A stretch of DNA of 64,000 nucleotides from Spirochaetia bacterium (GTDB taxonomy: Bacteria; Spirochaetota; Spirochaetia; UBA9216), in the NCBI GenBank assembly GCA_963677925.2, contig CAXXYH010000004.1:1728001-1792000 (forward strand), read 5' to 3'. A program made the translations under genes and the position numbers. Below, in pieces: positions 51,291-60,551 of this stretch (position 1 is its first letter; each line of letters starts with the position of its first letter). The notes beneath the pieces are model-generated. The model did no database searches and was not told where the DNA came from. It saw nothing but the letters and a program-made list of their open reading frames with translations.

Positions 51291-51322
51291 AAGGAGGAAC
51301 CTTTCAGATTCCTCCTTTTTTT
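51291..51322 (+). terminator. Intrinsic terminator
   Basis: AAGGAGGAA..TTCCTCCTT followed by Ts. Confidence 0.8.
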
Positions 51323-51447
51323 ATATAAAGTTGATTACCATCACGGAATCGTTTTGTGAAAATGCTGCTGCATCGCTTGGATAAATTCAGGGAAGTTGAA
51401 ATAATAACTGAATTTATATACTATGTGACAAAATTCGGGAGAGTAAA

Positions 51448-52812
51448 ATGGCAAAACTTTGGCAGAAAAATTATGAACTCAATGAACTTGTTGAAAAATT
51501 TACGGTAGGTCTGGACTACCAGCTTGATATTGCGCTGGTTCCATCTGACTGCGTCGCAAGTATTGCCCAGGCCCGGATGCTTCATTCGATAGATATTCTC
51601 ACAGCAGATGATCTTGAAAAGCTGGAAAAAGGTCTGAATGAGATAATCGGTCTCCAGAAGGGCGGTAAGTTCCATATTCAGCGTTCTGATGAGGACTGTC
51701 ATACGGCGATAGAAAATCATCTGATCAGCAGCATAGGAGAGGCCGGTAAAAAGATTCATACCGGACGTTCCCGGAACGACCAGGTTCAGACCGCTCTTCG
51801 AATGTTCTCAAGGGCTGCTGTTCTTGACCTGATTGAACGCGGAACCTCTCTTGTCGAAACAATCCTTGATTTTGCAAAAGCCAACAGTTCTGTCCCCATG
51901 CCCGGACGTACCCATATGCAGATAGCAATGCCGTCTTCGGTAGGGCTCTGGGCTGCGGCCTGGGCTGAAGAGCTTGTAGACAGCCTGAAAAACCTTGCAT
52001 CCATATATACCCTTGTAAATCAGTGTCCTCTCGGTGCTGCAGCAGGTTACGGAACTCCGCTTCCGCTTAACCGTGAAATGACAGCAGAACTTATGGGCTT
52101 TGCCAAAGTGCAGAATAATGTCATATATGTCAATAATTCACGCGGAAGGCTTGAATCGCTTGTTCTGAATGCCCTTGAGCATTCCGTACTTGTGCTAAGC
52201 AGCGCTGCACAGGATCTTATTCTATTTTCACTGCCCGAGTTCGGCTATTTCAGCCTTCCTGCAGAGCTCTGTACAGGTTCCAGTATTATGCCGCAGAAGA
52301 AGAATCCAGACGGGCTTGAGCTGATGCGTGCCAAATCAGCAGCCCTGTCTTCATATTCGATGAATGTTAAGCAGATTGTCCGCTCACTGCCTTCAGGTTA
52401 TAACCGTGATTTTCAGGAAACAAAGGAACCATACCTCAGGGGGATTGATCTTGCCGGTCAGTGCTTTGATATAATGAATCTTACTTTCTCAAAACTGATT
52501 GTTAATGAAGAGAATCTTCTTAAAGGTTTTTCACCTGATATTTTTGCTACAGATGCAGCATATGAGCTCGTTGACAGCGGAATGAGTTTCCGTGATGCCT
52601 ATAGAGAGGTCGGTCTGAATCTTGAAAAGTATGGTGATATGGATGCCTCGGATGTGAACAAATCGCGGATAAGCACCGGCACTGCCGGAAACCTCAATCT
52701 TGAGGCGGCTGTAAAAGAAAACAGCCTGCTTAAAGAACAGGCTGCTGCTGAGAAATCAGTACTTGATGCTGCAGTTGCAGCTCTCTGCGGAACTGCAGTC
52801 AGTTTATTGTAA
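51448..52812 (+). CDS. argH: Argininosuccinate lyase
   Basis: HTGRSRNDQV, GSSIMPQKKNPD and GYNRDFQ. Confidence 0.96.
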   Translation: MAKLWQKNYELNELVEKFTVGLDYQLDIALVPSDCVASIAQARMLHSIDILTADDLEKLEKGLNEIIGLQKGGKFHIQRSDEDCHTAIENHLISSIGEAGKKIHTGRSRNDQVQTALRMFSRAAVLDLIERGTSLVETILDFAKANSSVPMPGRTHMQIAMPSSVGLWAAAWAEELVDSLKNLASIYTLVNQCPLGAAAGYGTPLPLNREMTAELMGFAKVQNNVIYVNNSRGRLESLVLNALEHSVLVLSSAAQDLILFSLPEFGYFSLPAELCTGSSIMPQKKNPDGLELMRAKSAALSSYSMNVKQIVRSLPSGYNRDFQETKEPYLRGIDLAGQCFDIMNLTFSKLIVNEENLLKGFSPDIFATDAAYELVDSGMSFRDAYREVGLNLEKYGDMDASDVNKSRISTGTAGNLNLEAAVKENSLLKEQAAAEKSVLDAAVAALCGTAVSLL

Positions 52813-52855
52813 TAAAATAGACAGTAAGAGCGGGTGCTTTTACTGTCTTTTCATT

Positions 52856-54526
52856 TTAATCTTCGTAATTCTGCTTCATCGACTCCGCTATATTAAGCGA
52901 ATAATCTCCGATATGCTCCATATGCTTGACTATATCAAGGTAGAGAAGCTCGGCCTTTACGTCTGAGCCGCCCTGTATTCTTTTTCTGGCTTCCTTGTTG
53001 AGCGCTTTTCGCTGTTTATCGACTTTTTCTTCAAATTTCACTGCAGCTTCCATGTTTTCTGCTGTGAACTCGTGATCCATGCTGTTCTTGATTAGCGTCA
53101 GAAAGTCTTCAACTGTTTTAGATATAGGTTTTAGTGCTGTAACAGCCTTTTCTTCTAACTGAATATCCTTGTTATAGCGTTTTTCTGATAGAAGGAGCAG
53201 GTTGAAGCAGCTGTCTCCGATACTCTCAAGCTCGTTGACAATCCTCATCATGCAGGTTGCAGATTTCATACCCGACTCATTAAGGCCTTCGCTTATACAG
53301 TCCACCAGATATGCTGAAATCTGTTCCTGCATCTGGTCTGTCAAATCTTCCATATCTTTCAGCTTCTTTATCTCTTTTCCCAGCTTTTTATCCGGTTTGT
53401 TAAAGATATCAAGAAAGCGCAGATACATTTCTTCGACAATCTCAGTCATCTTCTTAATTTCAACTCTTACCTTGATAAGGTTAATCTCTGCAGTATCCTG
53501 CAGGCTCGTTGAGATATACTTCAGAGAGTAGTTCTGCGGAACTTCGTTTTTATCCTCAGGAACCAGTTTTCGTATGACTGCTGCATACTGCGGAACAAAC
53601 CATACAAATACCAGAGTGTTGAGTATGTTGAAAAGAGTATGAAACATGGCAAGATGCTCAGGAACGCTTACTCCGGCAGAAGGATCGCCGGGAACTATAA
53701 GGTCGACAATGTGCAGGAAGGGCTTGAATACGATAATTACTACAAGCGCACCAAACAGGTTAAACAGAATATGCGCCCTTGAGGCCCGTTTTGCATTAGT
53801 GTTTGTTCCAATGGCTGCAAGATATGCAGTAACGGTTGTTCCGATGTTTGAACCGATAATAAGAGATGCTGCTGATGAATAATCAATCCAGCCTGAGTAG
53901 GCCATTGTAAGAGTTATTGCCATCGATGCCGATGAAGACTGGATTACGACAGTAAGAATTGTACCAACCGCAATGAAAAGCAGGTTTGAAAGGACTCCGA
54001 GATCAGTAAAATGCCTCAGGAATTCAAGGTATTCGGGATGATGCTTAATATCGGGTACTGAATCTTTCAGAAAGTCCAGTCCGAGAAATAGTACACCGAA
54101 ACCAATCAGTACTTCTCCAAGGTCCTGCTTGCCGAGTTTTTTCGCAAAAACCAGCGGCAGTCCGATGCCGATTGCAGGAAGGGCAATTGTCGTAATGCTG
54201 AATTTAAAACCGATAAGGGCTACAATCCAGCCTGTTACTGTAGTACCGATATTGGCACCCATGATAACGCCGATTGACTGTTCAAGTGTAAGCAGTCCCG
54301 CATTAACAAAGGAAACAACCATTACAGTTGTAGCCGATGATGACTGAACAATTGAAGTTACCGCAAAACCGGTAATTACGGCAGCAAAACGATTTATGGT
54401 CATATAATTCAGAACTTTCTGCAGTCCGTCGCCTGCAGTTCTCTGAATTCCGTCACTCATTACCTTCATGCCGTATAAAAACAGGCCGAGGCTTCCCAGA
54501 ATTTTCAATAGTGAATATATAAACAT
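52856..54526 (-). CDS. Na/Pi cotransporter family protein with PhoU-like C-terminal domains
   Basis: Duplicated QSSSA and GxNIGTT motifs, then ELESIGD and HMEHIGD. Confidence 0.93.
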   Translation of the reverse strand: MFIYSLLKILGSLGLFLYGMKVMSDGIQRTAGDGLQKVLNYMTINRFAAVITGFAVTSIVQSSSATTVMVVSFVNAGLLTLEQSIGVIMGANIGTTVTGWIVALIGFKFSITTIALPAIGIGLPLVFAKKLGKQDLGEVLIGFGVLFLGLDFLKDSVPDIKHHPEYLEFLRHFTDLGVLSNLLFIAVGTILTVVIQSSSASMAITLTMAYSGWIDYSSAASLIIGSNIGTTVTAYLAAIGTNTNAKRASRAHILFNLFGALVVIIVFKPFLHIVDLIVPGDPSAGVSVPEHLAMFHTLFNILNTLVFVWFVPQYAAVIRKLVPEDKNEVPQNYSLKYISTSLQDTAEINLIKVRVEIKKMTEIVEEMYLRFLDIFNKPDKKLGKEIKKLKDMEDLTDQMQEQISAYLVDCISEGLNESGMKSATCMMRIVNELESIGDSCFNLLLLSEKRYNKDIQLEEKAVTALKPISKTVEDFLTLIKNSMDHEFTAENMEAAVKFEEKVDKQRKALNKEARKRIQGGSDVKAELLYLDIVKHMEHIGDYSLNIAESMKQNYED

Positions 54527-54569
54527 AGCTTTATTAGTTTTCTAACAGTATTCTAGCAAAAAGTACAGG

Positions 54570-54637
54570 GAGAAAAGTCTAAAAACCGGGGTTTTTAGAC
54601 TTTTCTCGGAAGTTTAGAAACTGTGTTTCTAAACTTC
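54570..54637. repeat. Two adjacent perfect palindromes (18 bp and 13 bp arms), REP-like
   Basis: GAGAAAAGTCTAAAAACC-gg-GGTTTTTAGACTTTTCTC and GAAGTTTAGAAAC-tgt-GTTTCTAAACTTC. Confidence 0.85.
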
Positions 54638-54755
54638 ATGATCCTGCTCTGTATGCTGTGAATATATATAGAATTATCCCGATAAAAATACCGGCTGCTA
54701 TTGAATGCCATTCAACAAAAATGTTAGAGTCAGGTATCAAATTCTGGTGGTTTCT

Positions 54756-55997
54756 ATGGTATTCACAAGGTCGTCTCTGCTAGGGGTCATTGCATGTCCC
54801 GGTGCGGAAAAGATTTCGAGCGAGATCATATCAAATCTTAAATCAATATATCTGAAGTATTATAAGAAGACTACAGACTCACTTGTATCTAGATATGATT
54901 ATTCACGTGATGATGTCGTGAGAAATATTAACTTTATAAATGAACTGACTTCGGCAAAGGGTTCCAGAAACCGTGATGTTACGAAGTATAAAGCCCCGTC
55001 CTATCAGATTCCAGTGAAGTTTACACGCTTCGCAAACGGTGAAGTTAAGTCTGAGATTCAGACTTCTATCCGTGATATGGATATTTATATCGTTCAGGAT
55101 TTAGCTAACCAGTATCCGCTTGATATAAATGGATGCAGTGAGAAGTGCGCTCTTTCTGTAAACGATCATCTGATGATTCTCTTTACTACTATTGATGCTG
55201 TCATCGGTGCCGGAGCAAAGAGCGTAACTCTTGTTATTCCAACCTATCCCTACAGCCGTCAGCACAAAAAGAAGGGAAGGGAAGCGCTTACAGCAGCCTG
55301 GTTCGGCAGGACCTGTGAGCTTATGGGTGTTTCAAGGATAATTACACTTGATATTCACTCAAAAGCTATTGAAAACTGCTTTCAGTCTCTTCATCTTGAA
55401 AATCTTCATGCTTCATATCAGATTATCCGGGCTTTGAGTGAACTCGTTGATTTTTCCAGGGATGATCTTGTTGTGGTATCTCCGGATACAGGAGCTGTTG
55501 ACCGGAATAAATACTTTGCAGGAACCCTTAAAAAACCGCTTGCTATGATTTACAAGGAGCGCGATTATTCCCAGGTCTCTGCAAATGCCAGTGAATCCAA
55601 TATTACTACAACCAAACTTCTTGGTGATGTAAGAGGGAAGATAGTCTTCATGGCCGATGACATGCTCGGAACCGGCGGAACCCTTATAAAAGCAATGGAA
55701 ATGCTGAAAGAGATGGGTGCTGAGAAGATTATCTGTGCGATAAGCCTTCCCCTGTTTACCGGTGATGCTGCTGAAGACTTTGAGAAAGCTTATAAAGAAG
55801 GGCTTTTTTACAGGATAATCGGTACGAATTCTGTATATCATACCTCTAATCTGATGGACAGGGAGTGGTATGTTTCGGCATCTATCAGCGAACTTTTTGC
55901 AAGAACCATCTCAAGGGTTCATCATGGTAATTCTCTCAGTTCGCTTCTTGATAATTCAAAAATAATCAGCAGACACCTTACTCATGAGCATGAGTAA
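54756..55997 (+). CDS. prs: Ribose-phosphate pyrophosphokinase, long form
   Basis: RFANGEVK, YPYSRQH, TLDIHS, VSPDTGA and DDMLGTGGT. The start is uncertain (54756 or 54705). Confidence 0.92.
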   Translation: MVFTRSSLLGVIACPGAEKISSEIISNLKSIYLKYYKKTTDSLVSRYDYSRDDVVRNINFINELTSAKGSRNRDVTKYKAPSYQIPVKFTRFANGEVKSEIQTSIRDMDIYIVQDLANQYPLDINGCSEKCALSVNDHLMILFTTIDAVIGAGAKSVTLVIPTYPYSRQHKKKGREALTAAWFGRTCELMGVSRIITLDIHSKAIENCFQSLHLENLHASYQIIRALSELVDFSRDDLVVVSPDTGAVDRNKYFAGTLKKPLAMIYKERDYSQVSANASESNITTTKLLGDVRGKIVFMADDMLGTGGTLIKAMEMLKEMGAEKIICAISLPLFTGDAAEDFEKAYKEGLFYRIIGTNSVYHTSNLMDREWYVSASISELFARTISRVHHGNSLSSLLDNSKIISRHLTHEHE

Positions 55998-56000
55998 GGC

Positions 56001-56801
56001 TTAAAGATATTTCTTGGGCTCCTCATCCTTTACTGAAGCCACAAGCTCTATGTAGGGTTTGAGGGGGCTTGAATTGATTTTTCTGAAAAGAACTTCCTCT
56101 ATCTGATAGAATCCGACAGATTCAGTCATCTCAACATCGATTCTAATGGGTCTTTCATCACCTTCGGTGATTTTAACCTTTTCAATGGCAGCTGCAGAAT
56201 ATTTGTGTATATCGCCGACCTTCGATTCAGTTTCTATCATCATCGGGATTCTTGCCCGGCCCTTTTCCATATCCAGACCGTCAGCTATCAGAAGAAGTCC
56301 GGCTTCAAGCGAGTGGATCCTCTGGTTGCCCATGTGTCCGGCAATGCATTCAATAGTAACAGAACGGATAATGATCTTTTTTTCTATATTATCTCCATAA
56401 ACATGGTTCAGGATTCTGTCTATAACCGGCATAGATAGAAATACCGAAGAATGCTCATGGTCCTGCCGTCCGACGGTCATTCCTGTGTCATGCAGAAAAG
56501 AGGCAAGCATTAATGCAGTAAGGCTGTCTTCATACTCGCCGGCTTCCTCATCCTCAAGGTTGAACTTTATACCCTTCTTTTTGAGTATTTCGGCCATTGT
56601 TACAGCATTAAGAGCTACCTTTCTCATGTGAACGGGCCCGTGGTCATTGAAGTTCAGTCGTTTAATTGAAACAGTATTTGCATATTCCTGCAGCGTTTTT
56701 ATTTCAGAATCATTAATCATATATTCAACTGCCGCAAGCGGTTTTCCGCTCAGGTTTTTTATAATTTTTTTATCAAGTGCACTTTCTTTAGGTGATTTCA
56801 T
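56001..56801 (-). CDS. HD-domain phosphohydrolase
   Basis: NDHGPVH, FLHDTG and IADGLD. Confidence 0.88.
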   Translation of the reverse strand: MKSPKESALDKKIIKNLSGKPLAAVEYMINDSEIKTLQEYANTVSIKRLNFNDHGPVHMRKVALNAVTMAEILKKKGIKFNLEDEEAGEYEDSLTALMLASFLHDTGMTVGRQDHEHSSVFLSMPVIDRILNHVYGDNIEKKIIIRSVTIECIAGHMGNQRIHSLEAGLLLIADGLDMEKGRARIPMMIETESKVGDIHKYSAAAIEKVKITEGDERPIRIDVEMTESVGFYQIEEVLFRKINSSPLKPYIELVASVKDEEPKKYL

Positions 56802-56872
56802 AGTTGCTCCTTTGTTGTAAATATACTAAGATTTAAGCTCATCGGATAGCGACAGAATTGGCATAAATCCTA

Positions 56873-56901
56873 TTGACAAAAAAAAATATCTTTGTTACCT
56901 T
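56873..56901 (+). promoter_or_regulatory. sigma70 promoter of the tRNA-Thr/rpmG operon
   Basis: TTGACA, 17 nt spacer, TACCTT with an extended TG. Confidence 0.6.
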
Positions 56902-56917
56902 TCTGCCACTGCTTAAT

Positions 56918-56990
56918 GCCTCTGTAGCTCAGTCGGTAGAGCACCACCATGGTAAGGTGGGGGTCCCCGGTTCAAGTCCGGGCGGAGGCT
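56918..56990 (+). tRNA. tRNA-Thr (GGT)
   Basis: Cloverleaf GCCTCTG..CCACC-ATGGTAA-GGTGG..TTCAAGT..CGGAGGCT. CCA is not encoded. Confidence 0.96.
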
Positions 56991-57018
56991 ATACTAGTGA
57001 AAATAGGAGATGCTTTAA

Positions 57019-57195
57019 ATGGCTAAAAAAAATAAAGGTGCTGTAGAGCTTATAGCGCTGAAATGTGAAGAATGCAATCGCCGTAATTATACTACAAAAA
57101 AGAACAGGCGAAATATGCAGGGAAAACTCGAGCTTATGAAGTACTGTAAGTGGGATAATAAGCATACTCTTCATAAGGAATCAAAAATTAAGTAA
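57019..57195 (+). CDS. rpmG: 50S ribosomal protein L33 (58 aa, not in the ORF track)
   Basis: [67 protein letters not shown]. Confidence 0.96.
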   Translation: MAKKNKGAVELIALKCEECNRRNYTTKKNRRNMQGKLELMKYCKWDNKHTLHKESKIK

Positions 57196-57204
57196 ATTAT
57201 ATAC

Positions 57205-57278
57205 AGGCCAGTAGCTCCAACGGCTAGAGCGCCGGTCTCCAAAACCGGATGTTGTAGGTTCGAATCCTACCTGGCCTG
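57205..57278 (+). tRNA. tRNA-Trp (CCA)
   Basis: Cloverleaf AGGCCAG..CCGGT-CTCCAAA-ACCGG..TTCGAAT..CTGGCCTG. Confidence 0.97.
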
Positions 57279-57309
57279 TATTTTTTTTTATATTAAGCGG
57301 GAGCCCTAA

Positions 57310-57492
57310 GTGAAAAAGATTGTCCAGTTTTTTAAAGAAAGTGTCTCTGAACTCAAAAAAGTATCATGGCCCAGCAGGGAAGATGTACTCGCTTCAACCA
57401 AGGTTGTCGTTGTGTCGGTTGTAATCTTTGCAGTTGTTCTGGGACTTGTGGATTTTCTGCTTGTTTCAGGGATCGATAAGCTTTTCAGTTAG
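57310..57492 (+). CDS. secE: Preprotein translocase subunit SecE
   Basis: ELKKVSWP followed by one TM segment, in the conserved position. Confidence 0.95.
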   Translation: MKKIVQFFKESVSELKKVSWPSREDVLASTKVVVVSVVIFAVVLGLVDFLLVSGIDKLFS

Positions 57493-57623
57493 GGTTTGCG
57501 GGGTACGCTCCGCTGCTTCGTACAAAGTTAAATATTCTTAAGAATCAGGCTGTGTTCAGAAAAAAGATCTGCAACGCAGTCTTTTCTGGTTTTCCGGAAT
57601 GTTTGCTGCAGGAAGGGTAAGTT

Positions 57624-58178
57624 ATGGCTAAAGGCTGGTATGTTGTTCACACGTACTCCGGTTACGAAAATAAGGTAGAGAAATACATCAGGCTTCTAAT
57701 GGAGGAAGAAGAGCTCAAGGATAAAATTCTTGATATCAAAGTTCCTGCTGAAGATGTTGTTGAGATAAAAGACGGTAAGAAGAGAATTTCTTCAAAGAAA
57801 TTTCTTCCCGGTTATATTCTGGTGGAGATGGATCTTCCTGATGTCAGATGGGAAGCTGTCTGTTCAAAGATTAGGGTTATTCAGGGTGTTACCGGCTTTG
57901 TCGGTGCTCAGAAAGGTTTTAAACCTCAGCCGATCAGTCAGGATGAAGCAAGAGCTATCCTGCAGAAGACTGGTGAGATTAAATCCGACAGGGTTCTGAA
58001 GCCTAAGCAGTCTTACGCTGTGGGCGAAACAATCAGGATTATTGACGGTCCTTTTGATACTTTTACCGGTTCAATAGAAGAAATTAATCTGGAAAAAGGA
58101 AAGCTTAAGGTTATGGTCGGCATTTTCGGCCGTGCTACACCTGTAGAGCTTGATTTTCTTCAGGTTGAAAAATTATAG
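57624..58178 (+). CDS. nusG: Transcription termination/antitermination factor NusG
   Basis: [19 protein letters not shown] and a KOW domain ending [10 protein letters not shown]. Confidence 0.98.
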   Translation: MAKGWYVVHTYSGYENKVEKYIRLLMEEEELKDKILDIKVPAEDVVEIKDGKKRISSKKFLPGYILVEMDLPDVRWEAVCSKIRVIQGVTGFVGAQKGFKPQPISQDEARAILQKTGEIKSDRVLKPKQSYAVGETIRIIDGPFDTFTGSIEEINLEKGKLKVMVGIFGRATPVELDFLQVEKL

Positions 58179-58201
58179 ATAATTCCCGTTAGGGAAGAGG
58201 A

Positions 58202-58242
58202 TGGGAGTGGTGTCCGGGAGACGGACATCGCGTTAATACCAC
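58202..58242 (+). promoter_or_regulatory. Putative L1-binding leader of rplK-rplA
   Basis: TGGGAG..hairpin GTGTCCG/CGGACAT..ATACCAC directly before the rplK RBS. Confidence 0.6.
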
Positions 58243-58257
58243 GAAGGAGTTTTTTAA

Positions 58258-58689
58258 ATGGCAAAGAAAAAGGTTACGGGCTACATCAAGCTCCAGGTGC
58301 CTGCCGGAAAGGCTACTCCGGCTCCGCCAGTTGGGCCCGCATTAGGTCCTCATGGTGTTTCAGCACCTACTTTTGTTCAGCAGTTTAATGATAAGACCAA
58401 GAATCTTGAACCGGGTCTTACTGTTCCTGTTGTTATTACGGTATATGCTGATAAGTCTTTTACTTTTATCACAAAGACACCGCCGGCAGCTGTTCTTATT
58501 AAGAAAGCCTGCGGTATCGCAAGCGGTTCAGCTGAACCTCACAAGGTTAAAGTTGCAAAAATCAAACGTGCTCAGGTTAAAGAAATTGCAGAGCTGAAAA
58601 TGCCTGACCTGAACGCAAACGATATTGATGCAGCTATGAGCATTATTGCCGGTACAGCAAGAAGCATGGGTATAGAGGTGGAGGACTGA
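58258..58689 (+). CDS. rplK: 50S ribosomal protein L11
   Basis: [17 protein letters not shown] and GTARSMG. Confidence 0.98.
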   Translation: MAKKKVTGYIKLQVPAGKATPAPPVGPALGPHGVSAPTFVQQFNDKTKNLEPGLTVPVVITVYADKSFTFITKTPPAAVLIKKACGIASGSAEPHKVKVAKIKRAQVKEIAELKMPDLNANDIDAAMSIIAGTARSMGIEVED

Positions 58690-58690
58690 G

Positions 58691-59371
58691 ATGAAACGCG
58701 GAAAAAAATATACCGAAGCTGCTAAAAAGTACGAAAAGCAGACATTATACAGTTATCCGGATGCAATCGGGCTTGTTAAAGATATGGCCTTTGCTAAATT
58801 TGACGAGACTGTAGAGCTTTCAGTTAAACTTAACCTTAAAAAGAGTCAGACTGTAAGAGATACTCTTGTTCTTCCTTTTCAGTTCAGCGGCGACAAGAAG
58901 ATTCTTGTTTTTGCTAAAGGCGATAAAGTAGAAGAGGCAAAGGAAGCTGGCGCTGCATATGTAGGTGATGATGATCTTATTGAAAAGATTAAGGGCGGAT
59001 GGCTTGATTTCGATGTTGCCGTTGCGACACCTGATATGATGAAAGATGTTGGACGTCTTGGTCCAATTCTTGGTCGAAGAGGTCTTATGCCTAACCCTAA
59101 GACTCAGACTGTTACTTTCGATATTAAAGGCGCTCTTGCTGAGCTTCAGAAGGGCCGTGTTGAATACAGGTCTGATAAGACCGGCGTTGTTCATCTTGCC
59201 ATTGGTAAGGTTTCAATGGAGCCGGCTAATATTGAAGAAAATGCAGTTCATGTAGTTTCTGAAATTGTTAAAAAGAAGCCCGCTGATACAAAGGGTGACT
59301 TTGTAAGAACTATTGCGCTTTCTTCCACTATGGGGCCCGGCGTCAAGGTTGATTTTAAGGACAAGCTTTAG
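58691..59371 (+). CDS. rplA: 50S ribosomal protein L1
   Basis: [15 protein letters not shown] and SSTMGPG. Confidence 0.98.
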   Translation: MKRGKKYTEAAKKYEKQTLYSYPDAIGLVKDMAFAKFDETVELSVKLNLKKSQTVRDTLVLPFQFSGDKKILVFAKGDKVEEAKEAGAAYVGDDDLIEKIKGGWLDFDVAVATPDMMKDVGRLGPILGRRGLMPNPKTQTVTFDIKGALAELQKGRVEYRSDKTGVVHLAIGKVSMEPANIEENAVHVVSEIVKKKPADTKGDFVRTIALSSTMGPGVKVDFKDKL

Positions 59372-59388
59372 GCTGAAGGAGATTTGAA

Positions 59389-59931
59389 ATGACAGATGAA
59401 TTAGTTAAAATCCAGCCGGAGAAAGTCGAAGCTGTCAACGCGCTTAAAAGCGATTTCGAAGGTATAGATAATTTTATATTTACCGATTACCGTGGTCTTA
59501 CTGTTGAGCAGATCACAGAGCTCAGGACAAAGCTCAGAGCTTCAGGATCGGTTTATAAGGTAGTTAAGAACAGATTTGCCAAGATTGCACTTAAAGAACT
59601 TGGAAAGCCTGAGGTTGGTGAGCTTCTTGTTGGCCCAACAGCAGTCGTTCTTTCAGGTGAAGATGCCGGTGCTGCAGCAAAAGAGCTTTTTGCTTTTGCA
59701 AAAGACGCTCCGGTTGATGTGAAGGGCGGTCTTATAGGTACTGATGTTTTTGGTGCCAGTGAAATGGAGGCTTATTCCAAGCTTCCGACAAAACCGGAAC
59801 TTATTGCCAAACTTATGGGTACAATGAATGCTCCGGTTCAGAATTTTGTATACATTCTCAATGCTGTTCCGACAAAGTTTGTTCGCACACTGCAGGCAGT
59901 TGCAGACAAAAAGCAGGAACAGGGAGAATAG
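59389..59931 (+). CDS. rplJ: 50S ribosomal protein L10
   Basis: DYRGLTV, VVKN and KLPTKPEL. Confidence 0.97.
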   Translation: MTDELVKIQPEKVEAVNALKSDFEGIDNFIFTDYRGLTVEQITELRTKLRASGSVYKVVKNRFAKIALKELGKPEVGELLVGPTAVVLSGEDAGAAAKELFAFAKDAPVDVKGGLIGTDVFGASEMEAYSKLPTKPELIAKLMGTMNAPVQNFVYILNAVPTKFVRTLQAVADKKQEQGE

Positions 59932-60010
59932 TAATATTAAACGCGGCATTAGTCTTCATGGTAGCTCATGCTATTGCCGCATAAAAAATCTATTTTAAGG
60001 AGAAGGTAAT

Positions 60011-60391
60011 ATGGCTACAAAAGATGAAATTTTAGAAGCAATTGCTGGTATGACAGTACTTGAGCTCTCTGAGCTTATTACTGCCATGGAAGACAAATTC
60101 GGTGTTACTGCTGCTGCTCCTGTTGCAGTTGCCGCTGGTCCTGCTGCAGGTCCTGCTGCTGAAGCTGCTGAAGAGAAGACAGAGTTTGACGTAGTTCTTA
60201 AGGGTTTTGCTGACGGTCAGAAGATTGCAGTAATCAAAGAAGTACGCGGAATCACCGGCCTCGGTCTTAAAGAAGCAAAAGAGCTTGTTGAAGGCGGAGA
60301 GAAGGTACTTAAAGAAGGTGTTTCTAAAGAAGAAGCAGCTTCAATTAAGGAAAAACTTGAAGCAGCTGGCGCAACTATTGAAGTTAAATAG
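60011..60391 (+). CDS. rplL: 50S ribosomal protein L7/L12
   Basis: Ala-rich hinge, EEKTEFDV and [12 protein letters not shown]. Confidence 0.98.
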   Translation: MATKDEILEAIAGMTVLELSELITAMEDKFGVTAAAPVAVAAGPAAGPAAEAAEEKTEFDVVLKGFADGQKIAVIKEVRGITGLGLKEAKELVEGGEKVLKEGVSKEEAASIKEKLEAAGATIEVK

Positions 60392-60427
60392 TCTGCCCAA
60401 GCAGAGTAACGGTAAAATATACTCGTT

Positions 60428-60459
60428 TAATCCACCGAAGGAATTCTTTCGGTGGATTA
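60428..60459 (+). terminator. Hairpin (terminator or attenuator) between rplL and rpoB
   Basis: TAATCCACCGAAG..TTTCGGTGGATTA. Confidence 0.6.
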
Positions 60460-60551
60460 TCTGTATCTAAAAAGTTTTTCAGGCTGAAGCGTTCTTTTGA
60501 AGCTTTTTGTCTGAATATTGATTAACAGCTTCTTAAACCAGGGGGGTGGTG

